Shown piece by piece: positions 13,841-27,523 of a DNA stretch of 64,000 nucleotides (position 1 is its first letter; the number at the start of each line of letters is the position of its first letter). Both the position numbers and the translations under genes were made by a program. Origin of the DNA: Octopus sinensis (taxonomy: Eukaryota). The stretch lies in NCBI RefSeq assembly GCF_006345805.1, contig NC_043016.1, forward strand, positions 10,416,001-10,480,000, given 5' to 3'. Below the pieces are notes generated by a model. It had not been told where the DNA came from and did not search any database. It saw nothing but the letters and a program-made list of their open reading frames with translations.

Positions 13841-14577
13841 ACTGTGTGTTTAGTACGATTCCTGCAGTAACTAATGAATCTGTTGAATGCAATTGCTACT
13901 GTGTCTGCAATGTCCGGTATTGATGACAGTACCATTGTCTTCCTTTTATCTTTATTTTTTTTTTGTGTGCCATTGTCTGATCCCAGACCAGATTCCATTA
14001 GACTTAGCTCGGTTCCAATTCCTTCCTCCATTTAACCCAGCGATGATGTCATCGAGGTCGGTAAAAGAGTTAAGATGAATGGAAACTGAACATCGTTTCG
14101 GTTCTGACAAAAGACTCTCTTAACATACAATGGCAAAGACTTAATTGAAATATCGGTGGATCTTTGTATTTTGGTAGCAGCAGTAGCAGCAGTAGCAGCA
14201 GTAGCAGCAGCAGTGACAATGTCAACGAGAACAAAATCAACAATAACAAGATGAAGGAAGATCCAATAATTCAAAGTACGGAACAGATTCACACACCGAT
14301 TCTTTCAGAAATTTCCAAATGAAAACAGAAGAACAAGAGACAAGGATTAACAATATCATGCATCATTAGTTTCTAATGAGTGTATAGCCATACGAGTATA
14401 ATTCGTGTACATACATGTGGGCGCTTACCAACCACATGGTTCTGGGTTCACTCCCACGGTGTGGCACCTCGGGCAAATGTCTTCTACTGTAGCCTCGGCC
14501 CAACCAAAGCCTTGTGAGTGGATTTGGTTGATGAAAATGTAAAGAAGTCCGTCATATATATATATTATATATATTCT

Positions 14578-15757
14578 CATCGTCATCATCATCATCATCA
14601 TCGTTTAATGTCCATTTTCCGCGCTAGCACGGGTTGGACGGTTCGACCGGGGTCTGGGAAGCCAGAAGGCTGCACCAGGCTCCGGTCTTATCTGGCAATG
14701 TTTCTACAGCTGGATGCCCTTCCTAACGCCAACCACTCCGCGAGTGTAGTGGGTGCTTTTTACGTGCCACCCGCACAGGTGCCAGACGGAGCTGGCAAAC
14801 GGCCATGAACGGATGGTGCTTTTACGTGCCACCGGCACGGGGGCCAGGCGAGGCTGGCAACGAACACGAGCGGATGGTGCTTTCGGCACGGGGGCCAGGC
14901 AAGGCTGGCAACGGACACGAAAGGATGGTGCTTTTTACGTGCCACCGGCACGAGGCCAGTCGGGGCGGCGCTGGCAATGGTCACGAACGGATGGTTCTCT
15001 TATGTGCCACCGGCACTGGTAACTCAGCTGCAATTTCCATTGATCGATTTCGATTCTGATTCTCACTTGCCTCAACAGGTCTTCACAAGTAGAGTTTTGT
15101 GTCGCAAGAAGGGAAGGTATGCATACGTAGGCTGGCTCCATCCCATGTAGAAGGCCACGGGTTATGGACTCACTTGTCCTGCAGGGTCTTCTCACGCACA
15201 GCATACTTCCAGAGGTCTCGGTCTCTAGTCATCTCCTCAGTGAGACCTAAATTTCGAAGGTCGTGCTTCACCACCTCGTCCCAGGTTTTCCTGGGTCTGC
15301 TTCTACCACAGGTTTCCTCAACCGCTAGGGTGTGGCACTTTTTCACACAACTATCTTCATCCATTCTCGCCACATGCCCATACCAGCGCAAACGTCTCTC
15401 TTGCACACCACAACTGATGCTTCTTAGGTCCAGCTTTTCTCTCAAGGTACTTACACTCTGTCGAGTATGAGTACTGACATTACACATCCATCGGAGCATA
15501 CTGGCTTCATTTCTTGCAAGCTTACGCATATCCTCAGCAGTCGCAACCCATGTTTCACTCCCATGTAGCATGGCTGTTTGTACACACGCATCATACGGTC
15601 TGCCTTTTACTCCGTGCGAGAGGCCTTTTGTCACCAGCAGAGGTAAGAGCTCTCTGAACTTTGCCCAAGCTATTCTTACTCTAGCAGTTACACTTTCAGC
15701 ACACCCGCCCCCGCTGCTGACTTGGTCACCTAGGTAACGGAAGCTATCAACTATTTC
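14578..15757 (-). mobile_element. 5'-truncated RTE-clade LINE (ORF C-terminus, 3' UTR and (GAT)n tail)
   Basis: MLHGSETW..RNEASMLRWMC..RLRWYGHVARM..RPRKTWDEVVKHDL; stop at 15170. Confidence 0.93.
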
Positions 15758-15759
15758 TA

Positions 15760-18700
15760 AGGCCCGTTAGGAATTACAAACCTGCACAACAGAAAACTTG
15801 CCTTCTGGAACATGATAAAAAATTCCAACAAAGCAGATATATACGAGGGATGGATGAACTCAACACCAATTATCCTCCCACGCAAATTCCAGATAAAATT
15901 AATTCCTAACGAGTCTGACGGACAGAGAACTATTAGAGAAAAGTCAGCTCTGTTCAATTTAAGATCAGAAATAGAGCTTCTAAGACTAAGGGCCTCCACA
16001 AATGAGGAAAAATTTAAAAGCATCGACGAGGAGATGCACGATATAATACAAAAACATACCGAGGGACAACCCCTCGAAAATACATTAGATCATTGGAAGG
16101 ATACCTGTGAAAAAGAAGAGAGAAATTCTCTCCTGTGCTGGGAGAAAAACATGGATTTCTTCCAAAAATATAGTTCAACTTTCAAAAATGAATTGGGTAC
16201 AAATAATCCCTTCCTTAAGAAAATTACAAAAAAAAAAAAGAAAAACCAAACAACCCACGAACAACCCCCAACTATCCTCCATACACTAAAAACAGAAATC
16301 ACCCACAACCAACCTTGCAAACCACGCAAGACCTAACAGGGAACTAGCTGACAGACGACGCGTCTATGAAATAAATTACACCAAAAACAGAACAAACCAA
16401 CAACATCCTAATACCAAACCCAACCACCACCATACAGCACAAAACGACACTAGAATAAGAAATACACCACACACAAGTCGCTACTACCCCATGAACCAAA
16501 ATTACTGGTCCCCACTGAACACAAGACAAACGCAAAAAACACTATGTCAAGCAACATCCCTCATACAGGCAGTTCGAAACAAAAATATTTCACATACAGA
16601 AATTTTACACACAAATAGATTCCCACACACACACAACGATCGGGGGCAACAATACCACCATTCCCACGATCCAATATCACACAACCTCACAGACAACTCA
16701 TACAAAGAAAATCACGCCCAACATTTTTTAGCCAGGGACCAGAGACACCAGGACACAGGCTGGAACCTAGTAATAAGGAAAAACCGAAGATAATCAATCT
16801 TTCAACCAAACCTCTTTCTAACATAAAAAGTGACATCCTCTCAAAAGGGCTCAAATTTACACCAACTCCACGCAGAGCCAACCTAAATGAAATCAAGGAT
16901 AATATAACAGAATTTTGCAGAAAATTAAGACTAGCAGAAGCATCAATCTAGTTTCAATACTGAAGATGAATCACTAGTCAAGAACAAAAGTGAACACATC
17001 CCACACAGAGGAAGAAATAAAGATCTTGACGAATTCTGTGACCACATTGAGAACGTCCCCTACCATACTATACATAAACAGAAAGCTAACCCAAATTTTA
17101 ACACTACACAATGGAAAGAACTGATAGAACTTCAAAATGATGAAGATATAACCATTAAGGAAGCAGACAGGGAAATGCAGTTGTAATAATGGATACATCA
17201 TACTACAGAAATCTTGTAATTTCCTTGCTTGATGACGACCTACATTATAAAAATTACCAACTACACCCCACAAAAAATAATGAAAACTCTATCTTCACTA
17301 ATTAAAACCCATGAAAGGAACTAACAACCAAAGAGATTGACTTTCTAACAAACTTTAAATGCAAACCTAGCCTTTTCTATGGTCTGCCAAAAATTCATAA
17401 AAGTCAAATTATAAATGAAATCATTAAAAAATCACCAAAGACATACATACACACCTAACCCGGGGGACCTAAAACTACGACCCATTGTAATTAGCCCAAC
17501 CTGTGAAACACACAGACTAAGTCTATTTATGGACATCCTCCTGAAACCCTTCCTTAAACATATCGATAGCCATATCAGAGATGACTTGGATATGTTAAAC
17601 CACCTTCCAAAAAAAGCCAAGGAAGAAACAATCCTGGTTTCATTTGATGTAGTTAACTTATATACCAGTATACCTCATAATTATGGACTAGAGGCAATAC
17701 AGTTCTGGCTGGACCAATTTCCGGAAGAAATACCAAAAAGGATCAGTAAAGAATTCATTACTAAATCAATTGAATTCATCCTACACAATAACCACTTCAT
17801 GTTTGACAATACATTTTACCGTCAAAAATCCGAATTGCTATGGGTACAAGGGCAGCACCAGTCATTGCGAACCTAACAATGGGCTACATGGAAATAATCA
17901 TTTACCAGGAATCTTTATCAATCTTTGGAAACCCCCTTTCTCAATACATAAAAGAGAATTGGAAACGATTCTTAGACGATTGTTTTATACTCTGGAATGA
18001 AAACACAGATAAACTCCTAAAATTTAAAAATCTATTGAACAGCATAAACCCAAATATACAGTTCACAATGGAATACAACCAAAAAGGAGCTCCCGTTCTT
18101 GGATATACTAATTAAAAAAATTAACCTTATAATAGAAACAGACATTTTCTACAAAGCCACAGACGCCAAACAATCCTTCTTTTTAATTCATGCCACCCAA
18201 GACACACTAAAACAAACATCCCTTCAACCTTGCAAGAAGGATATGCACAATAGTGTCAGAACAAAATACCAGGAACTTTAGACTGCAAGAACTCAAAAAA
18301 CACCCTAATTGAGAGACATTACCCAGCTCAACTCATAGAGGATGGGATCAGACATGCAACAGAAATCAACATAGAAACTTAAGAAAAGTTCAACACAACA
18401 ACACACCCCCAAAATACTACCTTACATATCTACATACAACCCCAGAAACAAAGAAGCCTTCACCATCATCACCCAGAATTTACCAATACTTCATAAGGAC
18501 CCCAAATTAAAGGAAATTCTAAACATACACCAAATCATTAAAAGCTACAAACAACCTAAATCACTTAAAAAGATTCTCACAAGGCAAAATTGTCTTCTGA
18601 TATTACGGATGCAAAAGTAAAAAAATGTGGTAGATCGAACTGTGCAACATGTCCAAACCTGCTGGAAGGATCAGAATTCCTCTTTAAGAGGGACAGAAAT

Positions 18701-19065
18701 TCAAGATCAAATCTAACTTTACTTGTGCCTCTGAAAACATAATTTATGTCATAAAATGCTCGGGCTGCCACCAAGACTACGTGGGATCCACGGGACTATC
18801 ACTCAGACGTAGATGCACACTGCATCGACAACAGATTGCATTCCAGAATACAGAATGATACCTTTTAGTGAGCACATTGAGAATGTGCAAAGCAACTACT
18901 ACCACAATTTTAATCTTTCCATTTTACCAATGTGCTATCGGATCATCAACACAAATTAGACTAAACAAGGAAACATTCTTCATTGAAAAGTACAAGCCCA
19001 GACTTAACCATCCCAACATACTGGTACAGAGAAATTCACACCAAGGGAAAGGAAAAAATTTTTAA
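15760..19065 (+). pseudogene. Penelope-like element ORF (RT + Cys motif + GIY-YIG endonuclease), Neptune-like, frameshifted
   Basis: YGLPKIHK, LRPIV, SFDVVNLYTSIP, MGTRAAPVIANL, WKRFLDDCF, IQFTME, KCGRSNCATCP (~18623) and NIIYVIKCSGCHQDYVGST (~18737). Confidence 0.93.
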
Positions 19066-19327
19066 GCGATTATCTCCCTTACACCGGAAGAAATCACTCA
19101 TTACCTCCCCTTATTTAGAACTCTTTTGAACATAAACATAACGATAACCCTATTCAACATAAACATAATGTCGCAAGAAATTTGAAAAGCTAAACGCAAA
19201 ACCGGTCTTTCTTCTAAATTATGTCATTATAAGAGAAAAAAATTTTTTTAATATTCTTCAGACATATTGACGCAAATATATATTTTTTAACATTTAAGCC
19301 TTCTGTAGTTTTTTCACTTTTTACTAT

Positions 19328-19409
<82 letters not shown>

Positions 19410-19443
19410 GTGTATATATATATATGTATGTATATGTATATAT

Positions 19444-19595
19444 AAAGTTAATCCAACATGAAAAACACAAGAGAAAACACAACAATGCGAGGACGTGGAA
19501 CAAATATAGTATTATTGGACGCTCAGGAAGGAGGGAAGAAGGAGGGTTTACCGTTTCGAGCGGAGCTCTTGTCGGAAACATAGAAGGAAAGATCC

Positions 19596-19598
<3 letters not shown>
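19444..19598 (-). mobile_element. Short repeat with a damaged hammerhead-like motif; same family as 57663-57845
   Basis: Minus strand reads GTTTCCGACAAGAGCTCCGCTCGAAACGGTAAAC at 19546-19579. Confidence 0.65.
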
Positions 19599-19629
<31 letters not shown>

Positions 19630-19633
<4 letters not shown>

Positions 19634-20002
19634 GCACATAAAAAGCACCATCCGAACGTGGCCGATGCCAGCGTCGCCTCGACTGGCTTCTGTGCTGGTG
19701 GCACATAAAATGCACCATCCGAACGTGGCCAATGCCAGCGCCGCTTTGACTGGCTTCCATCCCGGTGGCACATTAAAAGCACCAACCGATCGTGGCCGAT
19801 GCCAGACTACCCTGGCACCTGTGCCGGTGGCACGTAAAAAGCACCCACTACACTCGCAGAGTGGTTGGCATTAGGAAGGGCTGTAGAAACACTGCCAGAT
19901 CAGACTGGAGCCTGGTGCAGCCCCTGGCTTCCCAGACCCCGGTCGAATCGTCCAACCTGTGCTGGCGCGGAAAACGGACGTTAAACGATTATGATGATGA
20001 TG
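19630..20002 (+). mobile_element. RTE 3' UTR/tail fragment
   Basis: GTGCCGGTGGCACGTAAAAAGCACC repeats and a GGACGTTAAACGAT(GAT)n end. Confidence 0.85.
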
Positions 20003-20250
20003 ATTCCCTTCATCATTTAAATTTAATTTGCCAAAATATTTTCGTCGCATTGAGACCATGACCTGTTTACTGACAAAATTCTGTGCTGGATCTCAAAACA
20101 ACAAAAATATTTTGGCAAATTAAATTTAAATGTTGAAGTGAATCTAATGTTTTTGTGTTTTTTCAAATGGCTTATAAACAGCTTCACACTGCAATTGTTT
20201 TCATTCCAGCACATGATCTAAGATCAGGTCACTTGCTATGCAAGTACATT
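20002..20250. mobile_element. Inverted-repeat element; same family as 62288-62612
   Basis: TTTAAATTTAATTTGCCAAAATATTTT and its inverse; shared tail CAGGTCACTTGCT.TGCAAGTACAT. Confidence 0.75.
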
Positions 20251-20254
20251 TCCA

Positions 20255-20301
<47 letters not shown>

Positions 20302-20876
20302 CTTTATTTAAGCAGCAGAAAAATATAACAAAAGCTGTTACTCAGAGTTTCACTGCCCAACTGAAAAGCCCCACTACACACTCGGAGTGGTTGGCGTTAG
20401 GAAGGACACCCAGCTGTAGAAACATTGCCAGATCGGATTGTGGTGCAGCCATCTGGCTTGCCAGCCCTTAGTCAAACCATCCGAACCATGCCAGCATGGA
20501 AAACGGACGTTAAACGACAATGATGATATATACATATATATATATACACACACATTTATGAATATTTTGGCAGAAGTAATAGGGGAAAGAATTTCATCTG
20601 TCAGTATTTATCAAATTAGCTACAAAACAACAGGTTATATACAGTGATAACTGTATATACACTTGAAACTCTCTGCCCTTGAGTCACTCTGTTACTTCTG
20701 CCATATTGATAATGTAATATATATATATATATATATATGATATATATATATATATATATAGACATGTTGTGAGTTTTATTTTCCCTGTTTGTATTGCCAA
20801 ACCTGTACATGCATATATAATTATTAATATATGTAGATATGTGTATGTGTATGAATGCTTGTATATAAATATATAT

Positions 20877-20911
<35 letters not shown>

Positions 20912-21594
20912 TTAACAACTGCCTTCCATACCAGCACGGGTGTATAATATATGTGTGTGTGTGTATAGATAGATAGATAGATAGATAGATAGGTACATAC
21001 ATGCATACATACATATGTATATATGTGTATAGTACATACATACACACAGACTTATACACCACATACACACACATTACATGAATATTCATGTGTATATATA
21101 TATGTATATATATAATTATTAAAGAGAAAAACCTATGCTTCATTTCTTATTTCATTTCATCTGTTGTAAATAAATATAAATGGAAACGGACAGTGGAAAA
21201 TAGATTACGGAAATTATATTGCGAGATTAAAGTAACGAAAAACCATGCGAACACATGAATTTAACAATGTAAAAACTCTTCTATCTGTTGTCTAACAAAT
21301 TTGTCAATTTTGTCAGAATGTCAGAATTTATAAAGATCATCACAGTGAAAATATTTAAACACAGACTAAAATAATATTGAAGAAGAAAAAAATATTTTGT
21401 AACTTCCTTTAGTTTGAAGTTTGGTAACATTTTAATAACATTAAATGGATTTTTAAAATAACAAAATCGCATGGGCGTAGTCATGGCTATGTGGTTAAGA
21501 ATTTAACTTTGGAACTATGCATTTGATGGTATGGGCGTGTTTAACAATTTCCCAGGGGCCTTTCAGGTTTTGGTAAGGACTCTGATGCTAACAT

Positions 21595-21770
21595 ATATAT
21601 GTCGATGCACCTTCATATGATGTAGTTAAGCACTGGCATCGCCAGTTCAAATATGGTTGTACATCAGAGAAAACTGCTCCTATTCCTGGATGACCATATT
21701 CTGCCATCGATGATGACACCATCCATAAAGCGGAAGCTGCCATTTTGGAGGGTTGCAGCATATGGTGTAG
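21595..21770 (+). mobile_element. Internal fragment of the mariner family seen at 22160
   Basis: Aligns by eye to 22425-22585. Confidence 0.75.
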
Positions 21771-23428
21771 TTCTTTGTGTAGAGGTCATTGTGCATTGGT
21801 CTGCCTGGTGTCCATAAAGCTGTTTAAGAAGGTTCTGATTCCCAGATTTTATCCAACTCAGCAGTTGCCAATCACTTTTAGCTCATGGGCCCCTCTGATT
21901 CCTATTTTATTCTTCTTGACCCTTATGGCTATCTCATTATATTTTTATAATTAATATATTATTAAGAAGCTGTTAAAATATTTTGTGCATTGTATAAGTA
22001 TTAGCAATTTGTTTCAGATAAATTTCAGCCATGAAATATTTTATTGACTTCTAAAAGTCATATGAAACATGGTTGAGAACCACTGATCTAACTAAATGGT
22101 GCTGGGGTTTATCTAATCAAATGACATGAGCCAATATCACCTTCTCTAATGAGAACATTCATGAGAGGTGTTCATTAAAGATTTCCCTTGACCCACTTCC
22201 AGTTATTGCAAGAAATGGAACTTGTGCAGGTATAATCATACATGTTTCTACATGTCACGTTGTAAATTGCTGCTTTTCACTAATTTTCATTCGTCTTTTA
22301 TGGCTGCTGAAGTGGACTAAGGTGTTATAATGGAGGCAGTTGAATGCTGATCAGTGATCAGGTTCTTATAATTGAAAGAACATACACCAAAAGAAACTTT
22401 CAATGAGATGAAAGAAGTTTATGGTGATGATGCACCTTCAAATGACATAGTCAAGCACTCACATCGCCAGTTCAAATGTGGTCGCACATCAGTGAAAATT
22501 GCTCCTATCCCTGGATGGCCATATTCTGACATCGATGACAACACCATCCATAAAGTGGAAGCTGCTATTTTGGAGGATTGTGGCATAACTATTCAACAAC
22601 TTGCCCGAGAAGTGAAGATAAATGTAGGGTCCATGGAAAAAATTATTCACGACCATTTGCCCATGCAGAAGTTGTTTCCACGATGGATTCCCTTGATATT
22701 CACACCTTTTCAGAAGCAGGAACAAGTCAATTGCTCCTAGTTTCTTTTGGCAATGTGCCAAGAAAACGAGGAGGACTTTTTCAGTAGACTTATCACACTG
22801 GATGTAACATGGGTCCATCACTATGATGCTGAGACTAAAGTCCAGTCAAAGCAATTGAAGCATGATAACTCACTACCTCCAAAGAAGGCCTGTATCCAAC
22901 CCTCAACAGGCAAGGTGATGCTCACAGTCTTTTGGAACCAGCGTGGAGTAGTGAGGGTGGATTTCCAGGCAAAGAGCACCACAATTAATGGACATATTAT
23001 GCTTCTCTGCTGCAGAAATTGCAGGATGCCATCGAAGCAGAGAGGCGTGGCATGCTGACCAAAGGAGTCTGCCTCCTCCAAGACAATGCCCCAGTTCACA
23101 ATGTGTATGTTGCCCAGATGAATGCACACTCCTGTTGATATCAAATCCTTCCTCTCCTGACCTCACACCATCTGACTTCCACCCCTTTCCAAACATGAAG
23201 TCTTTTTTTGAAGGGGAAGCACTTGCAGATGATGATGAACTTATTTCCAAGGTAAAGTTTTGGCTGCAGATGCAACCCGCCAATTTCTACAGATGAGGTC
23301 TTCACAACTGCATAAAACGATGAGGAAAGTGTGTCATCATTGGTGGTGACCATGTAGAGAAGGACTAATAATTATGTGAAGTTTCAATTATTCCAGTCCT
23401 TGGAAAGTAGGTCATGGGAAGTCTTTAA

Positions 23429-23650
23429 CCCTTTCGATACCAACCCAGCTGAAACCGGTTCTGGCTCTGTAGTACAAATGTCTTGTTTGAATAAGTTTTG
23501 AATTAAAATCTTCCACCAAACCTTAGTCACAATTTACGTTCCTAACACTAGCTTAATGATAACCAAACTATTTTACTAAATTCTTTGTTATATTTAAAAT
23601 TAATTGAAAGCAACACAGAGCATCTCAACAGAAATATGGTACCAAAAGGG
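23429..23650. mobile_element. piggyBac-type MITE
   Basis: TTAA|CCCTTTCGATACC...GGTACCAAAAGGG|TTAA. Confidence 0.85.
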
Positions 23651-23681
23651 TTAAAATATATAATAGAGGAACAATTCTTAA

Positions 23682-24204
23682 CCCTTTTGTCACCAACCCG
23701 ACCGAAACCGCCTCTTACTCTGAGTACAAATGTCTTGTTTTTATAAGTTTTTAATTAAAATCTTTCACCAAACCTTAGTCACAATTTATGTTCCTAACAT
23801 TAGCTTAATGGTAACTAAGTTATTTTATTAAATTCTTTGTTATATTTAAAACTAGCAGTATCGCCCGGCGTTGCTCGGGTTTGTAAGGGAAATAACTATA
23901 TAAGCATTTTTAGAGAGTTACTTCCCTTATATAATAGCAAAAAAATGCATTAAAAATGGAAAAAAATAATGGTAAATTTTTTTTTTAATCGTAGACTCAT
24001 CGTAGACGTGTGCTAATACCCAGAAGGGCTCGATAGGAATCACGACTATAAGATACCCGGTTTTGGTTAAACTGCACAGCAAAATGTGGGAGTAGTTAGG
24101 AATCTAAATCGTAGGAGACAGACACCACACAACTTCAGTTTTATATATATAGATTAATTGAAAGAAACACAGAGCAACTCGAAATAAATACAGTAATGGA
24201 AAGG
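23682..24204. mobile_element. Second piggyBac-type MITE copy, carrying a Helitron insertion
   Basis: TTAA|CCCTTTTGTCACC...GGAAAGG|TTAA; colinear with 23429-23650 on either side of the insertion. Confidence 0.82.
23852..24153 (-). mobile_element. Non-autonomous Helitron
   Basis: Minus strand starts TC and ends CTAG, with a subterminal hairpin CCCGAGCAACGCCGGG. Inserted between A and T with no TSD; the empty site is visible in the sister MITE. Confidence 0.85.
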
Positions 24205-24389
24205 TTAATGAACACCCTTTGTATGTGAGTCAGAAAGTTGATCTCTGTTTCATACAGGTCAGACAGTTGCATAGAGCATAATCTGCAAACAGTTTGTTGC
24301 AAAACGCTGATGTACAGCAGATGTGCCTAAAGAGATTATCTACGTGCAACATAAATATTCTCTTTTAAAATGTATTTTCTAAGTAGACA

Positions 24390-24950
24390 CTAGCATGACT
24401 GTGGTAAGAAGCTTCTTTCCCAACCACATGTTTCCAGGTTCAGTCCCACTGCATGGCACCCTGGGCAAGTGTCTTCCATTATAGCCTTGGTTTGACCAAA
24501 ACCTTTTGAGTGGATATGGTAGACGGAAACTGAAAGAAGTCTATTGTATGAGTGTGTGTGTGTGCATGTGTGTGTGTCAATGTGTGAGTGTGTGTGTGCG
24601 TGTGTGTGTGTGTGTGTGTCGGTGTGTTTACAACCCAATAACTTAGCAGTTCGGCAAAAGGGAACCAATAGGATAAGTACCGGGCTTATAATTATGAAGC
24701 AGTATCAAATGAAATGTAGTTGTTCCTTTATTCTTTTACTTGTTTCAGTCATTAGACTGTGGCCATGCTGGAGCACCACCATGAAGAAATTTTAGTCAAA
24801 CAAATCAACCCTAGGACTTATTTCTTAAGCCTAGTACTTATTCTACTGGTCCCTTTTGCCAAACTGCTGAGTTACAGGACCTAAAAATACCAACACCAGT
24901 TCTCAAGCAGTGATTGGGGGTGGGAGACAAACACAGACACAAAGACACAC
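24390..24950. mobile_element. Two CORE-like SINE pieces, tail to tail
   Basis: Family motifs on + (24390-24690) and on - (24725-24950). Confidence 0.75.
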
Positions 24951-25709
24951 ACATAAAGGTATATACATATATATATATGTTCTTTTTTTTGTAAATTCTC
25001 AGTATATATATATATATATATATACTAAGAATTTACAAAAAAGGGACAAAAGACGAAGGCGGGTGTGTAAACAACAAACAGATGTATTAGTTTAATGCTT
25101 GGGAAGTGAGAAAGTCTTTTACATTTCAAGCCTTTGCTCTTCAACAGAAAGGAATACAGAAATAAACAGGGAGAGAAAATAGAAAAAGGTATAGTGGCTG
25201 GTGGTCTATCATGGTGAATGCTGGACAGAGGGTCACACAGGAGAGCTAGAAAGAAGGGGTGATAATAAGGTAGTGGTGATCCCAAAACAAAGGAGCCCAT
25301 GCATGTGTATGTGAGTGCATGTATGTGCATGTGAAAGGGGCTGGTGACATTGACATGTGCCTCTGTGCATGTGTAGGTGTGTGGATGATGGTGTGGGTGC
25401 TAGGAAGTGATCAGTGCTAGTGTGTGCAGGGTGGTGTGATGTGGTGTGGTATGGTGGTGTGTAGTGTGTGGTGTCTTGTTGTAGTGTGGTGGTGTGATGT
25501 GATGGTGTGGTGGTGTGTGGTATGGTGTGCCTCTATATTCATTAATCCAATGTGGGAAACTCGAAATGATTACTTGACCTTCAAAAAATAGTAGCTAAAT
25601 TTTCCTCAAATTGTATCTTGCTATCACAAAATAATGAAAATCACACTAGAAAATGCAGTGTTGAATATACAACAAAATGGTATGGCCATGGCTGGAATGG
25701 TTTTAATAA

Positions 25710-26120
25710 TCCTTTCTACTGAAGGCACAAATCCTAACCCTGAAACTTTGAGGGAGGGGACTAGTTGATTACATCAATCCCAGCGTTTCACTGGTATTTA
25801 ATTTATTGACCCCAAAAGGATGGAAAACAAAGTCAACCTCAGCAGAGTTTGAACTCAGAACATTAAGGCAGACAAAATGCCCCTAAACATTTTGTCTGGC
25901 ATGCTAATGATTTTTTTTCTACTAAGGGCACAAGACCCGAAATTTTGTGGTGAGGGGGACGGTCGATTAGATCAACCCCAGTGCACAACTGGTACTTAAT
26001 TTATCAACCTCTGAAAGAATGAAAGGCAAAGTCAACCTCTGTGGAATCTGAACTCAAAACAAGAAGACAGACGAAATGCCGCTAAGCATTTTGCAGGATC
26101 ACGTTTACTGACGGATGGCC
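25710..26120 (-). mobile_element. Two tandem Meta-type SINEs
   Basis: CAAAGTCAACCTC..GAACTCA occurs twice. Confidence 0.75.
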
Positions 26121-26522
26121 TTAAACAACCACAACAACAACACCAACAACAACAACAGCAACAACAACAACAACAACAACAACAGCAACAACAACAACAT
26201 TAACCTTTTCTTTCCATAGTAGTACACTATTTCAGCAGATATGAATACCTGGCCTCCATTTAATAAATCCATACAAGCATACAAGCCAATGCTGATGTCC
26301 AGACATTTTCTCACTTCTTTTATGTTCAGTTTTTCATGCAATTTAATTGTGCACATCAAATGGATCACATGTAATTTATTCCATTGCAGTTCCTTTGAAG
26401 TTCTTTCATGCCCAGCTTTCCATACCTCACTGCAACATCTTGAACGATTTCTTTTCTTTTTTTTTTTTTCTGTTTAAAAAAATTTAAGCAGAATTGTTAA
26501 ACTGAAAGTTGGTCTGTATACA

Positions 26523-26554
<32 letters not shown>

Positions 26555-26631
26555 ATTTATAAAGCAGATCTACAAACAAGGCTAATTTAACTATTTATCA
26601 GTGAGCTAAAAAAAAAAATGAACAGCCTTAA

Positions 26632-26995
26632 TAGGCGCAGGAGTGGCTGTGTGGTAAGTAGCTTGCTTATCAACCACATGGTTCTGAGTTCAATCCCACT
26701 GTGTGGCACCTTGGGCAAGTGTCTTCTACTATAGCCTCAGGCCAACCAAAGCCTTGTGAGTGAATTTGGTTGATGGAAACTGAAGGAAGCCCATCATATG
26801 TGTGTGTTTGTCCCCTCACCATCGCTTAACAACTGATGTTGGTTTGTTTATGTCCCCGCAGTTTTGCAATTTGGCAAAAGAGACCAATAGAATAAGTACT
26901 AGGCTTACAAAGAATAAGTCCTGGGGTCGATTTGTTTGACTAAAGGCGGTGCTCCAGCATGGCCACAGTCAAATGACTGAAACAAATAAAAAAAA
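26632..26995 (+). mobile_element. Full-length CORE-like SINE
   Basis: AGGCGCAGGAGTGGCTGTGTGG head through CAAATGACTGAAACAA tail. Confidence 0.87.
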
Positions 26996-27478
26996 CCTTA
27001 ATTGATTTTCAAATATGATTGGATTCTGATCAGAGGCATTTCACATCAATTTGACCAATCTCGGGGAAACCAACTGCCAGTTTGTTTATATACTCCACAA
27101 TTACAACAGCTACAGGAAACTGGGGTTACAAATTTGCATACCAAAAGTGTTAACACTTTATTTAATATCAGGGGCCAGTCAACAGGGGTCTCAGTTCATA
27201 CAGTATCAAGGTATGATATAACATATGTATCCTATATAGTAGATTTATTGACAGGGTTAATTCTCCAAAGACTAAAAATATGTCCAACAACCTTTATTGA
27301 TTTTCATATATAAATACAAGGGGGTACCTAAAAGAAACAAGAATTTTGCAATATTATTTTATTGATTTAGGTACCATGTAGTGAGACTGAACCCAGGCAC
27401 AGGTGTAGGTACGTAGTTGTGAAGCAAGCTTCTCAATCTGAATTTTTCCCTGTAAGTTTGGAGGTATACTCCCTAATA

Positions 27479-27523
<45 letters not shown>

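Larger units (their letters stand above)
22160..24223 (+). mobile_element. Mariner element (irritans/Hsmar2-like) with a decayed transposase at 22330-23368; right TIR split by TTAA insertions
   Basis: ITLDVTWVHHYD, KVMLTVFWN, LLQDNAPVH and SPDLTPSDFHPF. Left TIR GAGGTGTTCATTAAAGATTTCCCTTGACC matches GGTCATGGGAAGTCTTTAA + TGAACACC. Confidence 0.9.

Noticed and set aside
26240-26450. Minus-strand host exon
   Set aside because: VIHLMCTIKLHEKLNIKEVRKCLDI resembles a decayed RTE C-terminus.
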